In this document: positions 11,296-23,990 of the stretch, in pieces
Layout: every line of letters starts with the position of its first letter
Numbering within the stretch: the stretch's first letter is position 1
Assembly: GCA_013265495.1 (NCBI GenBank)
Contig: MU061579.1
Coordinates: 959,159 to 1,023,158 of the forward strand
Direction: 5' to 3'
From: Vicugna vicugna
Lineage: Eukaryota
DNA: 64,000 nt
Position numbers and translations under genes: made by a program
The notes under the pieces: generated by a model
Database searches by the model: none
Told to the model about the DNA's origin: nothing
Seen by the model: the letters and a program-made list of their open reading frames with translations, nothing else

Positions 11296-13790
11296 TGACT
11301 CTCAGAAGCAAATTTATTTCTTTATACCTAGACCTTTTTCCAGTTTTCAAGGCTCTGTGGTAGCAGAAAATACATGCCTGCCAGTTGAAGGTAGGTAGTC
11401 ACTGCTGGTTCTGTCAATTCATGATTCTCCTCCTTTCCTTCTTTGTTCTTCCTTTCTTTAGAGGAAATTCCATATCTTTTTTTTTTAACCTCATTTGGAA
11501 AGATATCTTTACCACTGTTCATGGGAAATTATTCATGCTCGAGCCTGTAAAATGAACAATCTTCTTCTCCACTCCTGTGCTGACATGTTTATTGTCCTAC
11601 CTTCTACTCTGATCCATGGGATACTTTGGAAACTGCTTAAAATTTCAGACAACCGCTGCACCTCTCCTGGAAGGGAGATCAGGGATTATTTCTTTGCACT
11701 AGATTGGAACACCAAATATTCAAGAGATCAAAGTAGGAAGAGTAACAGGTCCTTTCACTTCCTCACTTTCTAGATTAAATTTGCCCTGATGCCATTTTTC
11801 TTTTACTCTGATTATCCATGCAAACAATTCTATGATGTTGCCTTATCCCAGATTTGCAAATAAAAAGGTGATTATGGTATTTCTGTTCTTTGATTCCTAA
11901 ACCTTAAGGTTATTTTTCTTTCTTTCTTTCTTTTTTAATCACTACAGTTCTCTTGACCTTTCATTCTACTGTTTTTAGCCCTAGATGGGGCCAATGTATA
12001 TGGTGCATTTATCAATGAACCACACATATGCCTCCTCAATTCTGCCATCTCTAACCCATTCCAAAATACACTAGGAGTATACAACTGCTCTCATGTCATT
12101 CATCACTTTTTCTAATTCTATTGATTCTCTTGTTTAAGAGAGAAATTTTAACTCAGATATTCAATGCTTATTGTTAAAAAGCCAAATATTGAAATCACAG
12201 GTCTTTTTTTGTTGTTGTTCAAAAATGTATAGCACTTGTAATTTGAAAGTCATGAGTCTTCTACTATGACTATCAATAAGCTAATATAAAAGTAAAAGTA
12301 AAAATTTAACTTTTTTCTAAGTTATTCAAGCTTTAACATTGAGGACATAGCATACAGAAAAGTATCTGTTAATAGGAAGATGAGGCTAAGATGAAATTGG
12401 AAATAAACAAGGTACAAAAACAAAAAACCCAAAACAACTTCAGGAAACACTTGCTACAAATCTACTGATAATACTGTGAAAGGCAGCTGAAATGTGCTAG
12501 GCAATTGCACACTTAAGAGACAGTAGTGAGCTCTCTGCTTCTCTAAAAAAGTGACATTTATGCTTAACACTGAACCATGTTCAGAGAATACCTATGATAA
12601 GCAAAGATTTAGAGTTTGGTGAAGGCAGAATATTCAGGAAGTATCAGTTCAGACACAGTAAGGAAACAAATATTTTTTTCAAGAAACTGAGAAGCAAACA
12701 CTGTGGTCAGAACAAACAAAATGCGGAGTCGACTGCCACAGATAAGATTGCTGAATTGGTACCAAGCTTGGAGGCAAGTAAAGTGCTAAATGATTTAGAT
12801 TTAAACCAGGGATGGATTTTCAACGTGGTGTGATTTGTATCGTGCAATTATGTGGCCACCACAGCCGTGAGGCTGCACTTCCAGAACCAGATGGGCAGCG
12901 CTCTCCATGTACACACGTGCCCCTTTAGGGGGATGCTCCAACTTGCCAATTATTTTTTTATAATGCTGCTGCAGAGCTCGATCTTTACAGATTTGTGCAA
13001 TGGCTGTAACGGTCCCTATAACCATTGGTCACCTTAAAACTTACAATATTTGAGACAATATTCCATTGTATGAGTGTGATGGAAAAAACAAGCCTTTTTT
13101 GGTACCTTCTGTATATGAGTACTCCTTCCTTGGTTCCCAGCTTTATATAATACATGCTTTGACTACATCCACCTGTGGATTTATGTCATATATGCTGCCT
13201 TTACTACAATAAAACACCCTCACATATGCACCTCTAATTGTGCATATGTGTGTGTTTGTGTTTTTTCTAGAAAGGTTTGTGGAAGCTTTGAAGGGATACA
13301 CTTGGAACGATACGGATAGGAGTAAAGGTGTTATGTCATCTTTTCTGATTGGCGTATAGAAAAAAATGGCAAGTTTGGATGATCATAAAAAAGGTAGAAA
13401 AGTGACATTATAGCTTATGAATAGAAAAATATAGTTTCTAAATCACAGAGATGTAAGCATATTTTATTTTTTCATGGGATGAATTTCAGAGAAATTCTAC
13501 TGCGTCTAGCTGAATTAATTTTTATGATCATAAAACACCCTAACATGTTTAAATGGATTACTGCCCACTGGCATTAATAAATTATAAACTAAAATGAAGA
13601 GGCCATTGGGAAGACATTTAGATTTTGGGTGCTAAACTTTAACTCATGATATGGAAAAAGTCAAATGATACATTAGTTAAATGAATATCTGGTCCTATAC
13701 TAGTAGGAAGGAGCAGAGGAGAAATTAGAAATATTCACATAAATGTTAGAGTTGAAGCTCTGCATAAAAATTTGTGATTTTTGCCAAATG

Positions 13791-13876
13791 AAAAAAGTTA
13801 TTTGTTTGCTGTACACCAGAGACTAAGACGACATTGTAAATTGACTATAATTTAATAAAAAAAAAGTTATTTGTTT
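13791..13876 (+). mobile_element. Extremely 5'-truncated L1 (~50 bp) with 17-bp target-site duplication
   Basis: TSD aaaaaagttatttgttt at 13791-13807 and 13860-13876 flanks gctgtacaccagagactaagacgacattgtaaattgactata plus A tail; homologous to the L1 end at ~37130-37185. Confidence 0.9.
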
Positions 13877-15626
13877 AAAGTAGAAATAATAGCACAAAAA
13901 AAATATGATCAAAGTCTAACTTTAGGGGTTAAACATCTTCAAAATAGTTTTATTTCTACAATATTATATCAATTCTAAATTAAATAATTAAATAAATATA
14001 ATATTTTAAAATTTATTATATCCCCAAATATAATTGTACATTTTGTATAATTTCAAAAAAATTACATGGAATCACTTGTAATGCTTTGGTAAATCATATG
14101 TTTCCTTATGAAGCATTTAGTTCTATTATTTTATAAACTTATCTGATCTTTTTTTCATTTTTTGAGAAGACTAGTCTAACATATACATGGTATCATTTTA
14201 GAATCACAGAATGTAACTTTCAGCTACCTGCCCCAACCTTTTCTACATTTTAGATAACAACATACATTATTAAGACTTATTTAGTCTTCAGTGTAAGGCA
14301 AGGATGTAGAATTACGTTTTTATAGTAAGTGTATCAACATACAATGCTGTGGCAAGTATTTCCAAAGAAAACTTTGAACTGTCTTTCTTACAGTCTAATC
14401 AGAGATGGTTTTTACACAAGAAGTAAAGAATCTTTCTCCCAAATGACTTCCCAACCTCAGACCAAAGTGGCAACAGTTTCAGAAGTTGACTGACATTGTT
14501 TAAAAATTAATTCTCAAAACAAAGATTACTGTAAGATAAGATAGTATACATTAATGAGCTAATTACATAGTCCAAAATAGTCCTTTCCATTTAAAATACT
14601 GTTATTCTTAAGACAAGTCTGGACAATGCCATATTCCAATCACACTAAATAAAATAAAACAGTTCTGAATATTTGAGGTAGAGGTTGAACTAATTCATTT
14701 TTATTTCACATTAGACTATTGCAAAATATCTCTATGAGAATTCTTTTACACCATTTTCTGTATGTCTAAATTATATTTAATGAAAGAATTCTCCTGTTAC
14801 TTTATAAAATTGGCTTATTTATTTTATATTTTTAATATAAGCTAACTGAATAAAATAGTAGTATGGAATTTGCTTTCAAACAGATTTTAATTCAGTAAAT
14901 ACTTCAATGATATTGATCTTTTAAAATAGCCAATGAGATGTTCAAGAATAATACCTATAAATCTAATCTAAATGATGTAGTGTATTTGTGTTTTGTCATC
15001 AACAATATTCTACACAGTGGAATCTTCTCCAGATGAGAATGCTAATAGATTACATTTGGAAATTTAAAAATAAATAATTTTGCCTCTGTGTGCATATGAA
15101 TATGTATTTAAAAGTCATTATTATTTTATAGTATTTTGCATGTTTTATACTGATTATATTCATGAAGTTCCTTAACTTCTAAAAATAAAAGTTATATGTT
15201 TAAAGTTTACTGTGTTCTTACAGCAATGTGTATAATTTATAAGCCTTTGAAATTATTTAAAACTCTGACTTTAAATAAGTTATATAAAATAATTGATTTC
15301 TTCTCAACTCCACATCTAGTACACATATACACTGGTTATTTATTGTCATATAGATTGAATTTAAATTTTTGGAAAACATAAACAGAGAAGACATTTAAAA
15401 TTTTGCATTTGTCTCAGTATTTGTCAACAATAAATGTATTAGATGAAAGTAGAATCATAGTGCTAACATAGGTATTTTGTGCAAATATTATACATTTGAA
15501 AAAACACAATGTATCTACACTTTGAATGTCAATAATGGTATTTAGTAGAAAGGAATATTATAAAACAAATTATATTTATCTTATTTTATATTGCTTGTAT
15601 ATAGGACAGTACTAGTGATGTGGGAG

Positions 15627-16190
15627 TGTATTAGTTATTTATTACCAATTAACAAATTATCCCAGAATTGATTGGCTTAAGGCAACAAATAATTATGATC
15701 TCACAGTTCTATGAGCCAGTAATCTGGCATTATTTAGCTGGGTCTTCTGACCCTGATCTCTCACAAGGCTGCTGTCAAAGTACTGCCCAAAGCTACAGTC
15801 ATCTCAAGGCTCCTTTGGGGAAAATTCCCTTTGAAGCTCACTCATGCAATTGCAGCATAATTCAGTTTCTCCCGGGCTTTTGGACTACAGGACTCAGTTG
15901 TTGGCTGGTATCTATGTTGGTTGTTCCCAAAATTTTCTCTGTAAGTCACCTCGTAACATGACAGCTGGCTTCATCAAATTAATCAGGTGGTAGAGAGCAA
16001 GAGAATGTCAATAAGATGAGGTGACAACCTGTCACCTGTTGTATTTTCTTTGTTAAAAGCAAATCGACCATACTTCAGTTTAAAAAAATGAATCACTAAG
16101 TTTAATTCATACTGAAAGGGAAAGAATTATACAAAAATGTAAATACCAGGAATCAGGAATCTTTGAAGGCCATCCGTGAAGTATCTCAAG
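15627..16190 (-). mobile_element. MaLR LTR (MLT1F-like)
   Basis: tgtattagttat...ggcttaaggcaacaa...atctcacagttct...ttagctgggtc...tctcacaaggctgc...aagctcactcatg. Confidence 0.85.
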
Positions 16191-17529
16191 CACAAGGGAT
16201 GTGAAAATACATTCTTGCTGCAAAAATTTTCCAAATTTCTGAGTAAGAAACTGATCCCTATGAAAATCTGGAAAACTCTCAAAGTAAATATTAGGATATG
16301 TTCTTCAGCCAGCCAAATGTCACATACCATTTTTCTTCAAATAATTCTTTGATACTGATGTGTGTATTGCATGGGTAACTCATGATCACAATCTGTCAAA
16401 AAGTAAAGGCACACTGCAGTAGTAATTATTTTCTAAACTGATCCTATTTGATACTAGCGTACTGTAAATCAAGAAGTTCTGTTAATGAAACATAACTTCC
16501 ATTTCTGCATTTGTCATGACTTCCAGAGATTTTACCTGTCTTCTTCTTACCTGGCTTGTACAAGAGCACAGTGGAAAAGAGAAAAATAAAATATATCACT
16601 ATTAATTGTCCACATTCAAATAAAACACTAGGATAAAAATTCGTATTTCTCAGATGGAGACACTGTCTCAAAAATCCAATGCATTTGGTAGTACTTTACA
16701 CACTAATGCATACATGCAAGCCAGAGCAAAAATAAAAATAACCACTCAGGTAATATTCTTTTATACTTACCCAGCTACTGTTAGATGAATTCCTAGAAAA
16801 TGCAGAAAGATATGGAACATTATTCTTCTTACGCTGAGTGATTCATTTATGTTCAACTACCTTGGATGATAATTGAACTATCCATGCACATTATTGGAAA
16901 AACGTAGCCCTGGAGAGTTAAACAAATGTAATGCAGGGAATAATGTGTCTCAGGAGGGAATGTATGACCTACTCACTGTATTAACTTTGTATTGTCTTTG
17001 CTTCTATGATTGGTTAAAAAAAACCTATAAAAATGATTATTAATATTTTAGAGAAGTGTCGGAAAGGTTATTACTCTGTATTTTATAAAGAAACCAACCA
17101 AACTACTGAAGACTACATTAAAAGATCATTTTATGTGATGATATTTACACAATATGCATTCTTTGGTTTGGAATGTGTTCACTCTTGAATTGAGCTATTT
17201 TTAAGAGAAGTTTGTCCTGTTTATTTGTGATGGTAAATTAATAAACACATTATTATTGATTATCTACTATGTTTTAAGTACTATACTGTGACACAAAACA
17301 CTATGACTTTCTTCAAAGAGGTTAGAAATACAGTAATTCAAATTTGTACATCATTTTAGTATACCCAAAACAATTTCTCATATAGAAAGGAGATATTACC
17401 TACTTGACATTTATTTCAAGTAATAACTTCAAGACTATGTGGCATACAATACAGTGTACTTGAAGAATTCTGAATTCATTGTTTTATTCCTCCTAGTAAG
17501 TTTTTTATCAAAGCATGTCCACTGTAGCT

Positions 17530-17720
17530 TAGTGCTTCCCTGCATGTCATCCGTGGATTACCTGATTGGAATCACCTGGACCATGTGTTAAACATGCATA
17601 TTCTGGCCACAAACAGCATCATTTTGTATCAAAGTCTCTATGGGCAGCCAGAAAATCTCCATTTTAACCAAGCTCTCTGTCATTATTCTGCACAGTGAAG
17701 CATGTAAACCACTTCCCTTA
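17530..17720. mobile_element. MER5-like hAT-Charlie DNA transposon relic
   Basis: ggaatcacctgg...ttaaacatgcatattctgg...cattttaaccaagctc...aaaccact...ctag. Confidence 0.7.
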
Positions 17721-17859
17721 GTTTGTGCTAATCCATGTATCTTAACTAGAGAGATGAACTTTCATTTGTGAAACTAATAGTGAGGGCTTGAAATATATGG
17801 GAAATAAACAGTAGAAAACTAGAAAGTGGTAAATTGTCCTTAAATGCACAGGAGTTTGT

Positions 17860-18095
17860 TTATTAATAATAATAATTGAAAGTTTACTGTATCAAGCATT
17901 GTACCAAGCACTTTATGTATAGGGCCTAAATTAAATCTATAAAGCATCCTTCTATAAGAGAGAAATTTCGAATCCCTAGTTTACTGATGAAGAAACTGAC
18001 ATCAGGACTATGTACTGAACTGACTAAGATCATACAAACAGTCATCAAAGAAGAGAGTCAAAATCAGATCAAAATCAGATCAGTCTCATTCAAAT
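17860..18095 (-). mobile_element. MIR SINE
   Basis: aagcactttatgtat...tttactgatgaagaaactga...actaagatcataca, antisense MIR core. Confidence 0.75.
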
Positions 18096-18749
18096 TCTCA
18101 ACTTCTATGTACCTGGAGAGGATAACGTAGTTTGCAGTGGTTGAAGTCAGTTTCACTGGGAAAGGCAATTCGTTTTAGGCTTTGGTATACAGAGAAGTGG
18201 GAGTCACAATAGTCACTAAAGAATAATTGAAGTTTAAATACACATAATATAGGTAGGAGGGTGTTCTTGCTTTGACTAACAGTGTAAGTAAATCTTAAAT
18301 TTGGACGTAACCAGGAATGTATATGACACCAAATACTAAAGTGTAGAGGAGTCGGTAGAATTGACTTCCTGGAAATAGAGTGACTATTTCTTTGGTAGCT
18401 CAGAGGTGAAAATTTTTACTTCCAACAATGAAAAGAAAGGAAAATTTGTATTTATGTGTCAGTATTTGAGTAGAACTTCCTTCTGCATATATTTATTGTT
18501 ACATCTTAAGTATTTAAAGCACTTGACCACTTTCTTCCTGAAACTCTCTTCACCTTAAGGTTGAGAGCTCTTGGTCCATCTGATTTCCATTCATCACTCT
18601 ATTTTTCTGTCAGTGCTCTGTCTCATTTCTCCTTCTATGCTTAGCCCTTAAATGCATGTTTTGTTCTGCATGCTATCCGTGGTTTTAACTACAATATCTT
18701 CTGGGGGTTTCTTAAACTACTGTGCAAACTATGCAGACCTTATATGGCT

Positions 18750-19297
18750 TAACAGTAACTGCTGGGTGCCAATTCACTCAATATTTATTCCTTATTTGTT
18801 CTTGGCTGTTAGTGTTTCAATTTAAAAAAAAATTAGCACAGCTTTATATGGATCATCCTAACTCCCTAATAAAACTTTTATATCTTCTTCCAAGAGATTG
18901 GTTGAGAACTGAGTATATTCAATCCTAGCAATAAAATATGGGATAAAGTTGTCTGGAAATGGTTCCAGGAAAGGTTTCTTCCTTGGTAAAAGAGATAGAG
19001 ATAGAAAAATTACCATTGTCCTTCAGCTGGACATTGTCAGATCTGAATGTTCTTCCAGGATCTGATGCACCTATCTTACATTCATATAGAGGACTAGTCA
19101 AAGTGCAAACTGACATGGCAAGGATGGCAGAGAGGAAACACAAAAAAGTGTCAATATCCATTGCAATATTTTTGAGTGTCTATATCACCAACCTTGGAAC
19201 TTAATTTTAAGTATGATAATGAATTTTCCTTCTTCTTTGAATTATTTTAGTTTGATGTTTTCTCATACTTGCAGCCAAAGTTATCCTCACTGATTCC
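18750..19297 (+). mobile_element. MaLR LTR (MLT1J/K-like)
   Basis: gattggttgagaactgag...ggaaaggtttctt...ctggacattgtc...aggatggcagagagg...acttgcagccaaag...actgatt. Confidence 0.7.
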
Positions 19298-21779
19298 AAT
19301 AGAAAATGAAATGGATACAACTTTAAAATTGTGAAATTTTGTGCATGTTTCAGAGAATCAACTTTCTGGTCTTCATTAAATATTTAAAAAATACTTAGTA
19401 GTAATAAATTCTTGGAATGTACTGATTGACATATTGATGGCTTGTAAATATGCATCTTCTTTATGAATAAAGTTATTTTTCATTAACTCCAATCTTATAT
19501 TCACTAATACAATCACTTCTCTGTTACCATTTCTATTTCCTAAATGAAACCTGGTCATGTTATTCCACTACTTAAACCTCTGTTCTAATCTTCTGAGGTG
19601 TTTGCCTTTAAGAGAAAAAAAAGTCATACTGCCTACAATTTTAATGTTTCAATTTCTTTATAAAAACTTCATTTAATGGCTCTAATCCTTCAAAAAAAAT
19701 CAATAAGAAATGCATGCAAAGCTTCTTGAGTGGTGGACTTGCCATGAATAAAGAAATAAGAAAACAGAGTAGAAGGGTGATCTGTCTATACTACATTAGC
19801 TTTTCTGCTTCTGAAGATGAAGCAGTGTCCCAGTGAGGGGATGTGTCCAGGATACTAGGTGATGGGCATGGCAGGAGCCCCTGGCAGAAATGGGAGAGCC
19901 AACGAGAAGTAGAAGATACCGAACACAACTGAAAAGAGAAGAAAAATAGTATCTTTCAATTTTGGAATAAAGAAAGCTAACACTGGGATGGGAAGGAAAA
20001 GGACAGGAAAATTAACATGTTATCTATTGAAACTCAAGGGATGAACTGACTTAAATTTCAGCTAATCACTGAAGTCCTTCAGAGCAGCAGCTGATTGCAT
20101 GCAGGGAGAAGAGCAGTGCAGTCTATCTTTGATTTGCCTAAGACACCATCTTTCTCCTCTTCGAGGTCCAGCACCTTTAGTGTGTTGTTTTGTGAAGAAA
20201 AGAATTCTCTTTCTTTAAGGTTCTGAGTCTTTACTGTTATTGTGGAGGGGAGGAAAGAAAAGAGATAAATGTGTTTCCATTTTACAGGTAAGCCTTGTGA
20301 TCCTCCCTCTGCTGGTGGACAATGTTTATATGAAGCTGTTCAGATATTTATTTTCTGTCTATGGAAGGTGTTCAAACATGGGATACCTAAGGAGATGCTT
20401 GCCTTCTCTCAATTTCTCCACTGGAGGTTATGTAGAGTCTCCTTGTCCTTAGCCTGGTCTCATCACCTCTCCCAGAGCCCAAATTCTTTTACAACTAGAG
20501 CTATTAGCCCCCCAGGCACTCCCCTTAGCTGGAGTAACAGGTAGGTGCCTTGAGAACAGCCACTATCCATGTGGGAAAAGTCTCACTTCTCTAATGTTTT
20601 TTGGTCCCCACTGTGTTGCAAATGTATAATACTGTGCACCTCTGTGTTCATAAGGCCACAGTATGACTGTCTATTCAGAAAAACAGGAGAACAATCTGTC
20701 AACAATTTTAAAAATTGTATCATTTAGCACAAACAAAACAAAACTAACAGTATTAACTGTTTCAAGTTGGGGTATATATACCGTCTTATGTGAAGACAGA
20801 CCTTTGTGTGTTTTCTTAAATTCTTTCATTATTTCATTATTGCTTTTTGATAAAATCTGTAATATAAACTAAGGTAAATCATACAAATACATTTTATGTA
20901 TTTTAGAATTTATTGCATGGACAAAATACCTAAAACATTGACTGTTAACCAAACTACTCACAACTGTAGCTGTTGATATTACATATTAATTTCTTTGGGC
21001 AAAGCTTATTCTCAAGAGTTCAAACTATATGCATTGGCTATATTCAAACAAGCATGGACAGATGACCAGACATCTAATTGAAGAAAGGACTGAGGAGTTT
21101 CCTGTTATTGAATGCATGCAAAATGAAGTGATTAAGAAGATAAAGGTGACCTGATAATAAAACCCTATTCATCAGAGAAGACAGAAGATTCTCGTGTCTG
21201 TCATTTTTAGAAAATGTATCAATTCTCTTTTCTCTCTGCAGCGTCTAAGTGCTTCAGTCCTTTGTTTATGCCTAGATGTAAAACTCAGCACCTTTTCAGG
21301 TTCTCCTAAGAAAAATCTATTAGCCAAAAATATACCTGATTAATGGTTGTTTTCTGTAGTTTTTATCTGGGAAACCGAGAAGGATGCTTCTATTATAAAC
21401 CTGACAAAAAACTGATAAAGAATTTACCCAGTTTTATTTTCCACACTCACATGTATCTCGGTTCTTCTTTCCTTCTCCTTCTCTCATTTGATTTTCACTT
21501 GGGATTTTTCCTGAGCACTTCTTATTTATTTATCTATTACCCAGAGCAATTCATCTCCCTCCTGGCTCTCGCATACAATAAAAAATAGCAAAAGCATTTT
21601 TCAGTTATTAGTATCCCCAACTTGAAAGATCATCTATGTGTTTGCATAGGAGATTTACATAAGTTTCTTGTCCCCAGTCATGACCTATGTTTGAATCATG
21701 AAAAGTAGAGAAACAAAATTTGGGGGAGGGGGAGGTAAAAGATTGGCTAAAAGCTAAATGACAGTTTGAATAACAAGCT

Positions 21780-22340
21780 ATGTGATGTCAGAAATAGGAT
21801 GGTTCCCACATGATGAAGCGTAATATGGAACTGATAGAAAATTTTCCCCACAGCCTGGAGATCCTGAAGTTCTCTCGTGGACCCCACTGGTGGGTTTGAC
21901 AGTGTGTTGAACTTAAGCTGCCAATTTCTCCAGAGGGAGCCTGAGAAAGAGAAGAAGAAAATAGCATGGTTTATGTTGTAGTTGGAAGATTTATGTTTGA
22001 ACATGTGGGAGAACCACCCTGTGAACTTCACTGATAATCCAGGAGCACACTGGAGGGGGCATCAGATTCTGCACTTGCAGGCAGATCCTGCGGAACATGA
22101 GTTTGCTGACTGCATTACCATCCCTTGGGAAAGAATGCTTGACACAACATGAGCTACCCAACCATGTACAGCACTTGAGAATTTGGGAGCTGGAGAGGAC
22201 TTCTGGAGACCTAGGTCTCCTGTGTCCTATGTGCTCCTTCTCCCATAGCTTCTGAAGCTTGCATGCATTCTCAAAAAAAAATCACTGTTATCATTAAAAT
22301 ATGTTCCATTTTTGTCTAAACAGTCCTATTAGTTGTGATA
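21780..22340 (+). mobile_element. Ancient LTR-element fragment (ERVL-like), family uncertain
   Basis: GC-richer block with a PBS-like 18-mer at 21783-21800 and an LTR-like 3' part (ctcctgtgtcc...ctccttctcccatagcttctgaagcttgc...attaaa). Confidence 0.4.
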
Positions 22341-22859
22341 TGTATGCTACACAAACCATCCATTTAATGACATGTGTGTCTACTTTCTATAAGATAAAGT
22401 ATCTTTTAGAAAAAAATTACTTTTCACAATCTATAAGGATTTCATCAACCTTTTCTCTAAATGTCTTTCTGCTTTCTTCAATGTATTCTTTATTTTTTGT
22501 GGATAATGTAATCATATTTTAAAAAGAGGAAGAATTTAGTAAATGGTGAGAATGCAGGCTCCAAAAGCTACTTTTAAGACAACAAAACAAGACTATGAAG
22601 ACAGTTAGAAATATTAAGAATTTCTGAAACAAATTTATGGAGCTGAAAGAATATTTTATCAGGTAGGAATATAGTTTTGTATAAAAATAATCTGATTCTT
22701 CCTACTTAGGCTATATTAACAGTTCTAAATTAAAAATACAAATTGACTTTTATTAAGACGGTTTTTCTATATGCCAGTCATAGTTTTATCTGTTCTTAAC
22801 TTTCATTCAACCTGAATACTTTGAACCCATAAATAATAAAAATTATCAGTAAAATAAAC

Positions 22860-23085
22860 TTGTCATAGGAAACATAGATTTTGTAGTCAAACAGGCCAAA
22901 TTAAATTTTCAGTTCCTTTCTTTACTTCTGTCCTAAATCTGTTCAAGATACCTAGATTCTTTACATCACTGTTTTTCTATGCATGTAACGGTAATAAACC
23001 AATTTATTTTCTTGTGAAAAGAATTAAATGAGAATTTATTTGGCATAATGTTTGACATTTAATAGTTTCTCAATACATATTGATT
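22860..23085 (+). mobile_element. MIR SINE
   Basis: acatagattttgtagtcaaaca...tttttctatgcatgtaa...gaattaaatgag...tggcataat...ctcaata. Confidence 0.65.
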
Positions 23086-23269
23086 CTAATTCTTACTCCA
23101 TTAGGAAATGGAAAACCGCATTTTCATGATAGACCCAGATTAGATGCCAAAAATAATTATATTAATGTCTAAGCATTGAATAATTGCTTGCTATGTACCA
23201 GTTCTAAGCACTTTACATGTATGGCCTCATTTATATTTCAGAATATGGATATGAATATAGTAACTTCTG

Positions 23270-23562
23270 GGATCTGAGTGTGACTCTGATTAATAGTCAG
23301 CAAAGAAATAAAGACCTTCGTATTACAAGAAACTGAATTATTCCAACAAGAATGTGTTTTCAAGTGAATTTTCTCTCTGAGTTTCCAGAGGAGAACTCAG
23401 CCTGGTCAACACCTTGATTTCAGTCTTGCAATACACTTGAGGAGAGAATCCACTAATGTAGGTCTGAACTTCTGACCCAAAGACTGTGAGTTAATAAATG
23501 AATGTTTTTTCAAGCCACCAAGTTTATGGCCATTTGCTATGCAGCTGTAGAAAACTCACACA
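23270..23562 (+). mobile_element. MaLR LTR 3' part (MLT1-type), inserted into a MIR
   Basis: agcctggtcaacaccttgatttcagtcttg...acttctgacc...actgtgagttaataaatg...aagccaccaagtttatgg. Confidence 0.75.
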
Positions 23563-23604
23563 TGCTCATATGTGCCAAGCACTACTCTAGACCCTTGCAG
23601 TGAC

Positions 23605-23990
23605 TGTCGGGATATGCTATATTATCTTGTGAAAAAAAATTACAAAAACAACAAAACTCCAAATCTTTGTGGTTTAACATTACAAAAGTTTGTCCTCACT
23701 TATGCAAATCTCTAAGGCAACTGTAGAGTGTGTAATGATGCTTTAACCTAAGCTTTGTTAATCTTGTAGCTTCACCATTTCAACAACAACCTTTCTCTCT
23801 GATTGCTGAAACAGGGCGAAAGCACTGGTCTTACAGAACCAACAATTATTTACCCCTGGAAAAGACATACGTCATTTTCATCTATACCAGTTGGTTAGAA
23901 TTAGTCACATGGCCATGCCTAAAGGTGTGGAGAACCAACGTGCCCTGTAGGAGAACAGGGTATATGCGAGCAATAGAAGTTTCTACTCTA
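23605..23990 (-). mobile_element. MaLR LTR (MLT1K/L-like)
   Basis: caaatctttgtggtttaaca...ttggttagaattagtcacatggccatgcctaa. Confidence 0.6.

Noticed and set aside
12801..13037. Overlapping 74-aa and 61-aa ORFs as a coding exon
   Set aside because: No recognisable protein and no convincing splice sites; ORF length is explained by locally higher GC.
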